From contig NC_087462.1 of NCBI RefSeq assembly GCF_036321535.1, forward strand, positions 1,798,001 through 1,862,000: a DNA stretch of 64,000 nt, read 5' to 3'. The position numbers and the translations under genes were made by a program. The first letter of the stretch is position 1. Each line of letters starts with the position of its first letter. The notes under the pieces were generated by a model that was given only the letters and a program-made list of their open reading frames with translations, was not told where the DNA came from and ran no database searches. Shown piece after piece: positions 12,151 to 23,934 of this stretch. The stretch comes from Camelus dromedarius. Lineage: Eukaryota.

Positions 12151-12803
12151 AAAGCATTAAGAAGACGAAGGAAAAGTACACAAAACATTAACATGTGTTG
12201 CTGTGAGTACAAAGATTAAAGTTGGTTTTGGCTACTCTTTTATGTTTTTGCCCTTTAAAAATTTTTTAATAAAAACCATGGTTAGATGTGTGAGGACAGA
12301 TGACGACAGATAAAGAGGCTCCGTCAAAGCAGCGACAGCACCGCGTGGACAGGAGCACCGCCTGCACCCGCGACGGAGGTCACGGCCCCAGGCACTAACC
12401 AAGCCAGCCAAAGCCACCGGGGACTCTTCTGGGACACCCGGGTGTATTTTTAAGCAACCGTGTAACATCTGCTCACAGCAAAAACACCCCCAGCCAACCA
12501 AGCAACCAAGCAAACAGACGATCACAAAGCCCAGGCAGGACACCCAGCGTCAGCGAGAGGCGGGCGCCTCCCGCTCGAGCCCGGGGAGCAACCTGCCACC
12601 GGCCTCTCTGCGCGAGCCTCCCTGTGCCCGCCCGATGGGGGCTGTGGGGTCCCACCCTCATCTGTGTGACCCGCCTGAGTGGGAAGAGGGAGGGGGAATC
12701 AGGTGGGGACTCCTGGGAAGGAGACGCTGGCCGCGCACGCCCCCTCTAGCCCCGGGACTCAGGTGGGCGGCGCCCCCTCCAGCCCCGGGACTCACGTGGG
12801 CGG

Positions 12804-12918
12804 TCACTCCTGCTGGTCATCATTGCTGGCACTGGGGGTCCGACTCCGGATCTGACTTCGGAGCTGCTCTATCAACTCTGGATTCTGCTGCTGCATCTGC
12901 TGAGCAAACTGCTGGCCC
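12804..12918 (-). CDS. SGTA: SGTA exon 11 (coding part; exon extends to 12796)
   Basis: [40 protein letters not shown] at 12806-12804; donor GTGAGT 8 nt after the stop. Confidence 0.97.
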
Positions 12919-15900
12919 CTGTGGGGGTAAGGGGGGTGCTCAGCCCAGGCCAGGGCACCCCCACCCCGGCCGCCTCCCCCACGTGTGCCTGAGGATGCCC
13001 GGGGAACACGCGGAGCCGATCCGTCTTCCCTTGGGGCTGAGCTCCACCCCACCTATGAGCCCCACTTGGCAGGTGGACTCACGCCTGGATGAGACTGGCC
13101 AGGTCATTCTGCGAGGGGCTGGTGCCGGGAGACCCCAGAGGGTTGTGGCCGCCCGAAATCATGCCGGACATGCTGTAGAGAGAGACTTGGACCCTCGAAT
13201 GGCACAACCCCCTCCCCCTGGCCCCCCACCCCCACCCTGGGCCCAGCCTGCTCTCTACTGCGGCCCGTCAGTTTCACCAGCTTTCCCAGGAACGTCCTTT
13301 TTGGATTAAGGACAGGGATTCTCAACGGCACAACTTTGTCCCCCAGAGACAATGGCCGATGCCTGTGACACAAACGGCCACACATATGGATCCACTTATA
13401 CAAAACGTCTAGCACAGATAAACCAGCAGAGACAGAGGGGGTCTGTGGTTGTCAGAAGCTGGGGGGCCTGGGGGGTGACTGCTGATGGGAATGGGGCTTC
13501 TTTCTGGGGTGATGGATGTTCTGGAACTAGATGGTGACAACAGCTATGTGACACTGTAAACATACTTGACATCACGCAATTGTAAACGTTAAAATGGCTA
13601 AAACGGTGAATTGTAGCAATCTTTCACCATAAAAGCAGCTTAACCATAAACCCTGGAGGAGAACGGCTGTCACTTACAGCTGCTGAACTTGGGGGTTGTT
13701 CATGAGGTTTGATGCCTGAAGAAAGAACAGACCTGTCACAAAGAGCAAGCTCCCAGAGCATTCTGTCGGCACTGCAAGCACGAGGCCTCCAGCCGAGCGC
13801 CCGGGGCCTGCCTGCCCTCCTCCGTGCACTGGGACCCCCCCGCTTTCCCACCCCGATCTGCTGTAAGAGACTCCAGGCACCGCGTCAGCCTTCCCGGACC
13901 CGGGACACTCCTGGAGAGTCAGCGTCCAGGTCTGCTCTGTGGATAAACACCATCACCCTGGACGCCTTCCTGCATCAACTCCTTCCCATTGGGATCATCT
14001 CCTTGGGGCTCAGGTCAACGTGTGGCTAGGAAGGAAGCCAGGGGGGCGCCCCCAGGCCACAGCTCTGTCCGTAATGGGCCAGAGAGCACCCCTGGCCAGC
14101 CTCAGCCCCATCCACCTGCCCTGAGAGCGCCTGGGCATGGCTGGTGCTGGGGGTCGGGTCCTCTCTCCTGTACCGTCTGAGACCCAGTGCCCTGAGAGCC
14201 CACAGTGCAGCCCGAGGTCCCACAAGACCACCTAGGGAGGGACGGTCTGTGCGGCGCAAGCTGGGTGCCTGCTCTCCGAGGACATCTTTAAGTCTCTGGC
14301 CCCAGGAGGCAGTCCTTCCTCTGCAGGGCACCGTGCCCTCCCTGCGCTGTCCCATCTAAACCCCTGGAAGCAGGCGCATCTATACCACAAGGGGGCCAAG
14401 CTGGGGATGGAGTGGGGACGGAGATTTCCCGGGTTACTTTATCTGGCTGGGAGAGGTAGGTTCAGCTTGTCCTCTGAGCTGGGCACTGAGGGTCCAACTG
14501 GGGGGCCACCTGACAGCACATGTCTGTGGTTATCTGACTGCAAACGGGGCGGGGGGGTTACCATGCTCATGAAGCTCGGGTTGTTGAGCAGGCCTGCGAT
14601 GTCAAAGCCGCCGACACCTCCTGTCTGTGGGTGAGAGAAGCCCCAGTGAGTGGGCTCTGGCTCCCAGGAACGGAGCGCTGAGGTCCCCTGTGGGGCAGAC
14701 TGGGAACCCGGGCAGCCTGGATGATGCTCCAGAGAAAACATGCGGCGCGGGCCACCCAGGAGAGCTCGACTTCCCCATTCCGACGCGCACCTGGGGCGGG
14801 GACGGCCCCTCCCGGGGCCAGGGTGGTGGTGGGGCAACCTCTAGGGACTGTCAAAGCCCGCTCAGGGCGACCTCTCACGTGCAGACTGCCCTGCAGAGCC
14901 CCCTCCCCCTCCCCCAGGGGCTCCCGCACCCGGCCCGTCCCCTGCCCCGGTCAGCTGGCAGCCCCTGTGCCCCCACCTGGCCCCCCCTCCCCTGGGAAGC
15001 ACAGCAAAGGCCCCTCCCTCTGCCTCCTGGCTGAGCCCGGGGCTTCCCTATGTGACGTGTGCCCCCACCCGTTTCTTCATCTTTCACGACAGGACAGGGT
15101 TAAATGGATGCCAGGCCCCCAAGGCCGGAGACGTTCTTCACACAGTTAAGCCTGGCCTTCCACTCACAGGCCGCAGGAAGCCAGCCTGGCCGCCCACCCC
15201 CAGCCCGGCCCCCGGGGGAACTCACAGGACTGGGCGCCTCTCTCAGCCTCAGCTCCGCGACCTTGAGGTTGGACTTGTAGGTCTCGTTGTCGGGGTCCAG
15301 CTCCAGGGCCTTCCGGTAGTAGGCCACGGCCTCCGTGTGCTTGTTCAGGCTGGACAGCGCCAGGCTGCGGGGGAGACGGTGGGCGTGGAGGGGGCGCCAG
15401 TAGGCCACCTGCCCTCCCTCCCCCCAAACTGCTGGGGGTCACTATCCTCATCCAGTCTGGGCCAGGAGGTGGCGGGCGGGTGGTCAGAACTCCTCCCCAG
15501 CTCCTGGCAGAGCTGAACCGCAGGCCTGCCCTCTGACCACACCTGAGTTTATCCTCTGAGAAGCCTCAGGAAGGGCTGCTCGGATCAAGGGGTGGGAACT
15601 CACCCCAGATCCCCCAGGAGGGAGGGGGCACTGGAGACATCATAAAACTTCCAACAGTGAGACTGGAGACTGTCCCCACCGGCGACGGTGTCTTGTGTGC
15701 CAGGTGGGGGTGCACCCCCAACCCCACAGGGCAGGCCCTCCCCAACCTCGCCCTCTGCCTCATCTGCTCTCTGCGTCCTTCACAATGAGCCGCTAAATGT
15801 TCCATGAGCCTACCAGTGGATCGCTGTGCCCAAGGAAGGGGTCATGGGACCCTGATTTATAGCTGGTCCCTCAGCTCAGGGAACAGCCCGGACTTGTCAC

Positions 15901-18900
15901 TGCTGTGTGAGGCGGGGCGGAGTCCTTACCCTGTGGGGTCTGCATGACTCCAGGCAGAGAGTGTCAGAACTGGACTGCCCTGGGGACAGGAGGGGCAGGG
16001 CGGCCGGCACTCACCCCATCCGGCCGTAGGCTTTGCTGTAGGACGGGTCTATGCAGATGGCCCGCTCGCAGTCCTGCACCGCCCCAGCGTAGTTGCCCAG
16101 TTTGCTGTAGGCCGCGGCTCTGCAGGAGGCAGGGCAGGGCAGTCGGGGAGCTGGGCCCTCACGGGGGGCAGCCCTGGTCTCCCTTGCTGTCAGACAGACC
16201 CGGGCTCTGCTGTGTCTGCAGGGCGCCATTCCGGGCGCGGGGGGGAGGTTCACAGGGGACACAGGGCTGCAAGGGGCAGTGGCCACAGCGCTTGGGGCCC
16301 CCGGGGCTTGGAGCCCACGCCCAGCTTATGTAGCCAGGCTCCTCAGTGTTATCTTTCTCATCCGAATTTCCACCTTGTGTCTCTTCCAATCATGGAAGGA
16401 CAGAAAGGAGTCAGGCAAGAGACACAGGGAGGAGCAGCTGGGCTGGGCGGTCGGAGGGTACAGGGAGCCCTCTGTCCAATCTGTGCCACTTCCCTGTGAC
16501 TCTAGACTTGTCCCCCAGGAAGCATTTAAAAACAGAGCCCAAAGCACAGAGTGGCTCCCCTTGGGTGGGGGGACAGGCTCGACCGGCCCCCACCTCTCTG
16601 ATGCCTGGCCACTCCCACGGCTACTCCATCCTCGGCCCTCTTTCCACTCTGAGCCCCCGGCCCTGGCACATCCTTTATGGGCAGGCCAGGCATGACTCTC
16701 ATGGTCAGTGGTGACACCACCACAGGCACCGTACCCGAATCCTGGGGCACCACCCCGTCCACGCAGACACTTGCTGCCTACCTTTGGCGTCCCTGATGCT
16801 CGGCCATACCTCGCTGGCCACCTGGCACGGGCTTGGGATTTGGGACAGTGGCTGGGCTGTCACACACCTTGGAACCAACACCCCTCCCATCTGCCTGGGG
16901 ATGCGCAGCCCTGCCCGCACCTGTTACAGAAGTAGACGGCGTTGGCGGGGTTCAGCTCGATGGCTTTCCCGTAGAAGTGCACGGCGGCCTCAAAGTTCTC
17001 CGCCTTCATCTGCTCGTTCCCTGAAGAGAAAGGGGAGACGTTCCATCAGACCCCGAGGCCTGGGCCGTCACTCCTAGCTCTCCCGGCTTCTACATGAAGG
17101 TGTGAGACGTCGAGTGGCAGGATGTGGGCTGGTGGTGCTGGCGTGAGGAGGAGGGTGAGGTTTGCGTCCAGCGCGGGCCCGGCCTGACCCTCACTGTGTC
17201 ACTGCTCTGGCCATGGTATTTGGGAGCCTAAGTCGCAAACACTGTCACTTCCGCTTCTTCCTTCAGAAACAGCCCTGTTTTAACTAATGTAAGTCAAGTA
17301 CCATGAAACTCACACTACGAAAGTGTACAACTAGGTGGTTTTTAGTACACTCAGAGTTGTCCAACCCTCACCACTATCTAATTCCAGAACATTCCATCAG
17401 CCAAAATAAAGCCCTGTCCCCATCAGCATCACCCCCACCCCCCAGCCCCTGACAGCCAGGAGCCCCCTCCCTGTGTCTGTGGACTGGCCTGTTCTGGACG
17501 CCTCACATCCGTGGACTCACACGCTGTGTGTCTGCTTCTCTCCCTGAGCGCCGTGCTCTCAGGGCCCGGCCCCGTGGGAGCGGGTGTCAGGGCTGCTCTC
17601 CTGCTCACGGCTGAGCGATGTCCCGCGTGTGGAGGGCCGTGATGTGGGCATCGCTCAGCAGCTAAGGGGCTCCAGAGCCCAGGACCAGCTGGCCTCCACC
17701 CTCCCACACCATGGACAGGCCAGGTGGGCGAGGTGCCCGGCGGCCTCTTACCTTCGGTTTTGAGGCGCTCCGCCTCGGCCGAGTCCTCCTCCGAAGGGGG
17801 GCTTCGCTGCGGGCTCCTTAGGTCCTGCGGCAGCTCCTGGCCCGAGTGAAGGCCAGCTGTTTGAGGGACAGCAGGGAACCACCGCCTCCTCCTTCCAGCC
17901 CGGCACTTCTGGCCTCCCCCCCAAGGACAGCCGAGCCCCGAGGGAGAGCGTCTCAGGCCCTCGGGCCCCGCGGTGCCCAGCATCCTGGGAGAGGACGCGG
18001 CCTGGCCCGGGCACTCAGGTCCCAGCGCCAGAAACCCCGAGACTCACCCTGCTCGCCACGGCCGCTTCGAAGATTTCCGGCAGAGTCTGAGGGAGTGCAA
18101 GGTCGCTGTCCTCCACGGTCACCCCAAAGGCAGTCTCCAGGCACTGGATTGCAACTGCCAGGGGACAAAGGTGTGCTCTTCTGAAACTGACCCCCAGTTT
18201 ACGGCTTTGGAGGACAGCGCTGCCACTCTCTCTGGAGCGCGTTCGCTGAGGCCTCGGGACGCATCGGGTCCCACCTATCCCCCCTATAGGTCCTGGTTTT
18301 GATTCCTGGAGGAACTCGGGACGGACATGCCCCTGGAGCTCTGAGGGCAGAAAGGAGGGAAGACGCTGTCCCCTCCCAGCGGGGCTCAAATGGTGACATC
18401 AGGGCTCTCTGTGGGGCCATAAAGCTGTGGCCGCCTGGCTGGGGGCCTCGGGGGCTCAGCGCGGCCTGGAGCGCCTCACGACAGATGAGGTGCCTGGGTC
18501 GCTCTGTCTGGCTCTCGGGGAATCTGGCCAGAGCCTGAGGCTGGCCCGCCCTGTCTGCACGACCGGGCGGCTGCATGATGGCTCACAGGATGGCAGGGCC
18601 AGACCCTGCAGCCGCCCACCCACCCCAGCGGCTTAGGTCCCCATAGGGCCCACCCCTGCCCCTCTGCTCCACCCCAGGACACCAGGGCTGCCTCCTCTGG
18701 GGGTGGGACCCTCTCAGCCCTGGGCCCTGACTCCACAGTCACTCCACCCCCAGGAGAAGCCCCAGCGATGGGTCCTCAGCCCGACCCTGGGCTCCTGTTC
18801 ACAAAGACCTGTGGGGAGGGGGAGGGGTGGTGAGTGGCACGCTGAGGACCCTCAGCTCAGCTGAGCAAGGCAGAGGCCCTCCCCGCCGGGTGGGGACGAG

Positions 18901-19466
18901 GTTCCTGGGACAAGGGCACAGAGGACTGGGTGCCTGAGGACCCTGACCCTGGTCAGCCACCCCTGCCGTGCAGCCAGGCACCCAGCGGGCTGGCAGCAGG
19001 TCTGGCCCAGGCTCATGAGCCTTTCCCCTTTGACTAGTACAGACACACACGATGGGGGTGGGGTGGAGAACCTTCTGGAATCGCACTTCCACTTAAGTGG
19101 AGATAAAGAAGATACCTGTAGGAGGCCCAGGGAGGTGCAGCCCTGCGCGGGGGAGAATCCTGGGCGGGAGCAGGACAGGCTGGTCCCTGAGCCTGCCTGG
19201 GGCTCGGTGGCCTCACCTGGGACAAGGATGCAGCTGGCACCTCAGGCTGGTCAGATGTGCCAGCCCATCACTCCCACCCGTGACAGGCCGAGGTGCTCAT
19301 GAGGGGTGGAAGGGAGATTGGGAGCTGGGGGGGGGGGGGGCTCGCATCCTGGTGGCCTGCACGTACCTTCCAAGCTCTCCTGGGCGTCGGATGAGAGCCC
19401 CCCGTGCCGGAGCTGGTCATGCAGGAACCGGATGATGGCGTAGGCCAGGCGCTTCTTATTATCCAT
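12804..19466 (-). CDS. SGTA: Small glutamine-rich TPR co-chaperone alpha, full CDS (313 aa)
   Basis: Coding exons 19367-19466, 18048-18154, 17752-17836, 16921-17020, 16015-16119, 15226-15364, 14562-14624, 13678-13715, 13083-13172, 12804-12918 total 942 nt. All introns are GT-AG with consistent phases. Protein [15 protein letters not shown]...TPR repeats...[36 protein letters not shown]. Confidence 0.98.
13083..13172 (-). CDS. SGTA: SGTA exon 10
   Basis: [30 protein letters not shown]; tacag| acceptor, |gtgagt donor; 90 nt. Confidence 0.96.
13370..13620 (+). mobile_element. Old L1M 3' end fragment
   Basis: gatccacttatacaaaacgtctag ... gatggatgttctggaactagatggtg ... taaaatggctaaaacggtgaatt. 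Confidence 0.7.
13678..13715 (-). CDS. SGTA: SGTA exon 9
   Basis: [13 protein letters not shown]; ttcag| acceptor, |gtaagt donor; 38 nt. Confidence 0.96.
14562..14624 (-). CDS. SGTA: SGTA exon 8
   Basis: [21 protein letters not shown]; 63 nt; cacag| acceptor, |gtaacc donor. Confidence 0.96.
15226..15364 (-). CDS. SGTA: SGTA exon 7 (TPR3)
   Basis: [46 protein letters not shown]; 139 nt. Confidence 0.97.
16015..16119 (-). CDS. SGTA: SGTA exon 6 (TPR2)
   Basis: [35 protein letters not shown]; 105 nt. Confidence 0.97.
16921..17020 (-). CDS. SGTA: SGTA exon 5 (TPR1)
   Basis: [34 protein letters not shown]; 100 nt. Confidence 0.97.
17280..17660 (-). mobile_element. Old L1M 3' end carrying the GC-shifted module (SGTA intron 4)
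   Basis: AT-rich L1M part (ccactatctaattccagaacattccatca) followed by cccagcccctgacagccaggagccccctccctgtgtctgtggactggcc. Confidence 0.75.
17752..17836 (-). CDS. SGTA: SGTA exon 4
   Basis: [28 protein letters not shown]; 85 nt. Confidence 0.97.
18048..18154 (-). CDS. SGTA: SGTA exon 3
   Basis: [36 protein letters not shown]; 107 nt. Confidence 0.97.
19367..19466 (-). CDS. SGTA: SGTA exon 2 (coding part with ATG; exon probably starts at 19489)
   Basis: ATG at 19466-19464 in context ttcaaaATGg; [33 protein letters not shown]; donor |gtacgt. Confidence 0.97.
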
Positions 19467-20529
19467 TTTGAAATGGAAAGAGATGAGGCCTGGGGTTTCA
19501 GGACCTGAGGACGTGGACAAGGGGGTGAGGACGGGACAGCCGCACAGGGGGCCTCTCTGCCCCCGCCCCAGCCCTCCTGCTCCAGGCCCTCCAGGCCCCT
19601 CAGGAGCCACTGTAAACTCACTGGCTAATTCACCTGCCTGACAGTGAGGCAGAAACGTTAAGTGTCCACACTTCACAGATGAGAAGCCCAGAGCCCCTCA
19701 CACTCCCACCTGATTCTAACCCAGGGGTGATGCAGCCCTGGGCCTGGTGGGTGTCCCCCTTCACCAACTGGGCAGGGCTGGAGGGTGGTCCCCAGGCACA
19801 CGGAGGGCCAGCCACAGCCACACCTGCTGCTTCTCTGTGCCTGGGACACCAAAACGGTCCAACAGTTTCTGAGCCCCGAACACCTGGGGGACAGACACCA
19901 CCCATGTGGGTCAGACAAGGACCACTGGTGGGCCTGAGCAGACCCCAGGGCCAGAGGGCCCGGCTCCCCTCCCACGAGCTGTAGTGCTAGGCTGGGCAGG
20001 ACGCTGGTGACGTCTGGGGACAGGTGTGGTCGTGACTGGGGGGCTCCTGGCGTCGCGTGCTTGGGCAGGGATGCTGCTGGGTCGAGGCGTAAACCCTACA
20101 GGAGAGTGAGCGCAGGAGCGGGGGGTCCAACCCCGGAGGGCTGGCCCGGTGCCCTCCCCAGGACCACCTCCCCCTCTGGGAGGGTGCCGCACGCTTGTCC
20201 GAGGCCGAGCAGGACCGGGGCGGCTGGGACCTGTGGTGTGAAGCCTCTCGGTCCCCGTAAAATGCCCTGTGGGATGAGCAGCCTGTGTGTCCAGGAGATC
20301 GAGGGGTGGCCTCCTGGGCGAGTTATCACTGACCGGTTGTCCACTGGCAGCAGTGAAATCAAACCGGGAGGAACAAGGCCTAACCCCCCGGGCTCTGCAC
20401 GCTGGCCGACAGCAGACGGGGCGATGCCAGCCCTCAGCACTTCCGAGTCCCGGGCGGGTGCAGTCAAGACGCGACGCCAGCCATGCTCAGGGCGCTTTGT
20501 TTCTGCTTCGTGAAAAACTACATCCGTAG

Positions 20530-20780
20530 ACAGCTGCTGCTCGCAAAAGGGCAAGAAGCAGACACAAAGGGCCACGTGGCATGCGATCCCATTTATGCGA
20601 AACGTCCAAGAGGCAAGCCCACAGACAGCGGGGTTTGCGGTTGCCAGGGGCTGGGGGAGGGGATGGGGTTTTTCTGGGGGTCATGGAATGTTCTGGACTT
20701 AGTGGTGATGGTTGCACAGCATTGCGAATATACTAAAACCTACTGAATTTGATTGTACGTGAATCACATCTCAAATTTTA
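20530..20780 (+). mobile_element. Old L1M 3' end fragment
   Basis: aagaagcagacacaaagggccac ... gatcccatttatgcgaaacgtcca ... gaatgttctggacttagtggtgatggttgcac. Confidence 0.7.
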
Positions 20781-21129
20781 GAACGGAAGCCTGTCAGGCA
20801 GCTGTGTTTTGGACAGCTGGACAGGGAGTTCTGCCACCCCCGGGAAGCTCTCTGGGGACGGTCATGAGCTTCCTCCCCCATTTCTGGATACAATGAGCCT
20901 TTACCAAGCAAGGGCCTTTGGCCCAAGAGCGTCCCTGGAACTGGGAGGTCTGAGATCAGGACGTGACAGAGCCCAGAGGACAAACAGCCAGTCCCAGATC
21001 CCGAGGACCTCAGGGCCGACACAGAGAGGCCCATGGAGATAGAGCGCCACAACCTGCTAGTTTTGAAGACAGTGAGGCCCCAAAAGGCCAGGAGTCTCCC
21101 CAGCTGAACCAGCTGGCCAACGCCCAAAA

Positions 21130-21620
21130 TGTCAACGTTCTTGTGTTTAACGGATATTTAAAATATAAACAGATAATTGTTGCCACAGATAGCATCACTC
21201 ACAACAGCCGAAAGGTGGACACAACCCAACGTCCACGGATGGATGATGGACAAACACATGTGGTCCCTCCACACGGTGGACCATCACTCAGCCTTAAAAA
21301 GGAAGGAGATTCTGACACCTGCTACAAGACAAATGGACCTGGGGACATGAGTGATGCTCAGTGAGAGAAGCAGACACAGAAGGGCAGATACGGTCTGATT
21401 CCACTCACAGGAGATCCCTGAAGGAGTCACATCCAGAGACAGGAAATAGACAGTGGGGCTGAGGCTGGGAAGTGGGTGTTTCATGGGGACAGAGCTGCAG
21501 TTTGGGAAGATGAGAAAGTCCTGGAGACGGTGGTGGGGATGGCGGCACAACAGTGTGAGTGTGCTTAACGCCGCTGAGCTGTGCTCTCACAAGTGGTTAC
21601 GATGGTGAACTATACCACAC
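21130..21620 (+). mobile_element. Old L1M fragment (ORF2 end plus 3'UTR)
   Basis: acaacccaacgtccacggatggatgatgg ... aaggaaggagattctgacacctgctaca ... gtttgggaagatgagaaagtcctggag. Confidence 0.75.
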
Positions 21621-21639
21621 CTATTTTACTGTAATTAAT

Positions 21640-21800
21640 GGTTCCTTCTGTGGGGGACTGTGCACTGTAGGGTGTTTAACAGCATCTCTGGCTTTTGATG
21701 TCCTCTGGGAGCGGGGGATGGGGTGAGGGTGGGGGGCAGAACCACTCGGGGTGACACCCCCCCCAGGGTTAGGAGTTTCCACTGACACCAGGAGACTGTT
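21640..21800 (-). mobile_element. MER20 (hAT-Charlie) DNA transposon remnant
   Basis: gggggactgtgcactgtagggtgtttaacagcatctctggc matches the MER20 antisense core. A second copy lies at about 22015-22165. Confidence 0.6.
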
Positions 21801-23104
21801 CCACACTCATCTAACCTACTGCGGTCCCAGAGTGCCACACATACTTAAGTACACACCTGAGTGGGAGAGGGAGGAGGTGACTCAGACACTGGGGGTCACC
21901 CTGGTTTACAACATCTGATCTTGGGGTAGTTTATCCTGGTGTGTAGTGTGAGCAGGGATCAAACTCGATTTTTTCCCAAATGATGAATGCAGGGCCTGCC
22001 CCCTCAGCACCACTGACACCGGAGGCGGGGTCACTCTCTGTGCTGGGGGGTAGCCTGGGCACCGTGGGGTATGGAACAGCATCTCCGGCCCCCTCTTCCA
22101 TTGGTGACAACCACAAAGGTCTCCAGACATCCCCAAGTCACCCCTAGTTGAAAGTCACCGATCAACGCTGCATGGGAAAAACAAAGGTCACCACAGGTCG
22201 GGTTTTCTGTCCACATGACTTTGCCGCAAACTTTCAGCAAATCTTGTGGGTTTCAGAACTGCAGGTCAGGGACCGTGGGTCCACGACAAGGACCCAGCAC
22301 CTGCACAAAATCGCTGGAGGCCCTTCATCCCCGGCCTGCCTGCTCCTCACTTTGCCGGCCCAGCCTGATGCGAGGATCTGCTTTTCCCCAATGGCCACTG
22401 GGCGCTGGGGTCTTAGGAACAATCCTGACTTGTCAGGCTTTGGCTGCTGGACAGAACCCTTGGAGGGCCCACGCTCCCCGCGAACAGCGAGGGCTCTGTG
22501 AGGCTCAGACCCGAGGTGCGGGTCTGCAGGCGCAAGCCCGGCCAGGGACAAACGCCGGCCGCAGGGCCCCGTACCAGTGCCTCCCGTGCCTGTGGGACCC
22601 CTGCCGGCTCTCAGCCCACCTTTCATCATCTCATTAAAACCTCCCAACCGCGATCCCTTTTACTTCCCTGCGCACAACCGACCATTCAAAGGAAAAACAG
22701 CAGGTCTCACCACCATGAGTGACCCGGCCTCCAGGTAGGAGCACCCTTGCTCTGAAGGGCTCCCACCCCTGCGGGGTGCCCCACCCAGCCCCCACCCCAA
22801 TTCCAGCTCTCCTCACAAGCACGCAGGTGTGCAAGCTAGTCCTCTCTCCCCTTCCAGGATACCGCAGGTCTCGGAGAAACACTGCCCCAAGAGCAAGAAC
22901 TCGGGCTTCAGCCCGCTCCCCATAGCGCAGCCGTGCTTCCTTCTCAGATGCTGGCAGGCCGTCACCCCCACAGACCCTGGGCACACGAGGCCCCTCCCAA
23001 ACCTGCTGGTTCCGCTCAACACAACTGCTCCCACCATCTGGGAAACACCTCCTCCTCCTCAGCAGCAAGCTGGAAGGTTATCTACCCAGATGGTGGGAGG
23101 CCTC

Positions 23105-23227
23105 TTTTTTGGGGGGGCAATTAGGCTATTTATTTATTTGTTGTTTTTAATGTCAATACTGGGGTTTGAACTCACAACCTCATGCATGCTAAGCACGCAT
23201 TCCACTACTGAGCTATATCCTCCTCCC
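23105..23227 (-). mobile_element. tRNA-Ala-derived SINE (vic-1-like) in SGTA intron 1
   Basis: Reverse complement gggaggaggatatagctcagtagtggaatgcgtgcttagcatgcatgagg; partial TSD ggcctctt on both sides. Confidence 0.85.
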
Positions 23228-23934
23228 AAGGACGGCCTCTTCTTCCAGCAAAGCCCACGTCCCAGTCTTGCTTCTGGTTCGGCCTCTCCTACAAGGCTTC
23301 CCAACTCTCTCCTGGCCTGCTCACCCCTGCCCCCCACCCCCGGACCATGAGATGTTGGACAGATCTCCTCCTGCTAGGACCCCAGCACTCAGCGGTCCCT
23401 ATGCATTCAGGAAAACCTTGGGTCCTGGTCGAGTTCAAAGCCACATGACCGAGTTCCTGGGGGGGGGGGCATTTCGCTTGGGTCTCAGTTTTCTCTTTAG
23501 CAGAGGAGATAACAAACCTTGTGACTTGCCTACCTCCCCACTGTCCCCTGTATGCTATCCCCCTCACTAAGCAGGGGCCGCTGGGACCAGCGTGGGGTCT
23601 CAACCAAAAAAAAAAAAGTGCAGAAACAAGTAAGACTACAGCTTTCAATCCCAGGCAGAGCTTAACCTCACTTAGAGCCACTCGCCCTTCCAGGAAGACT
23701 GAACTATAAACCTCAGGAAATCCTCAGAGTGCCCAGGACTCTCCAGGCCCTGAGCTGAGTGTTAGACACACAACAGCTTATTTCACGGGTCAGCAAACAT
23801 TTTCTGGAAAGGACCAGAGGGAGGACATACAGCTTCCCAGGCCACAGGTGACATGTATGGGATTGGGTGGTCTGTGTTCCCACGCAACCTCACTCACAGA
23901 AACAGGCTGCAGTGGGATTTGGCCCCCGGGGTTA

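Noticed and set aside
15052-15516. Antisense ORFs over SGTA and THOP1 exons (also 29841-30578, 37564-37992, 42964-43470)
   Set aside because: Shadow ORFs caused by GC3-rich codon usage on the coding strand.
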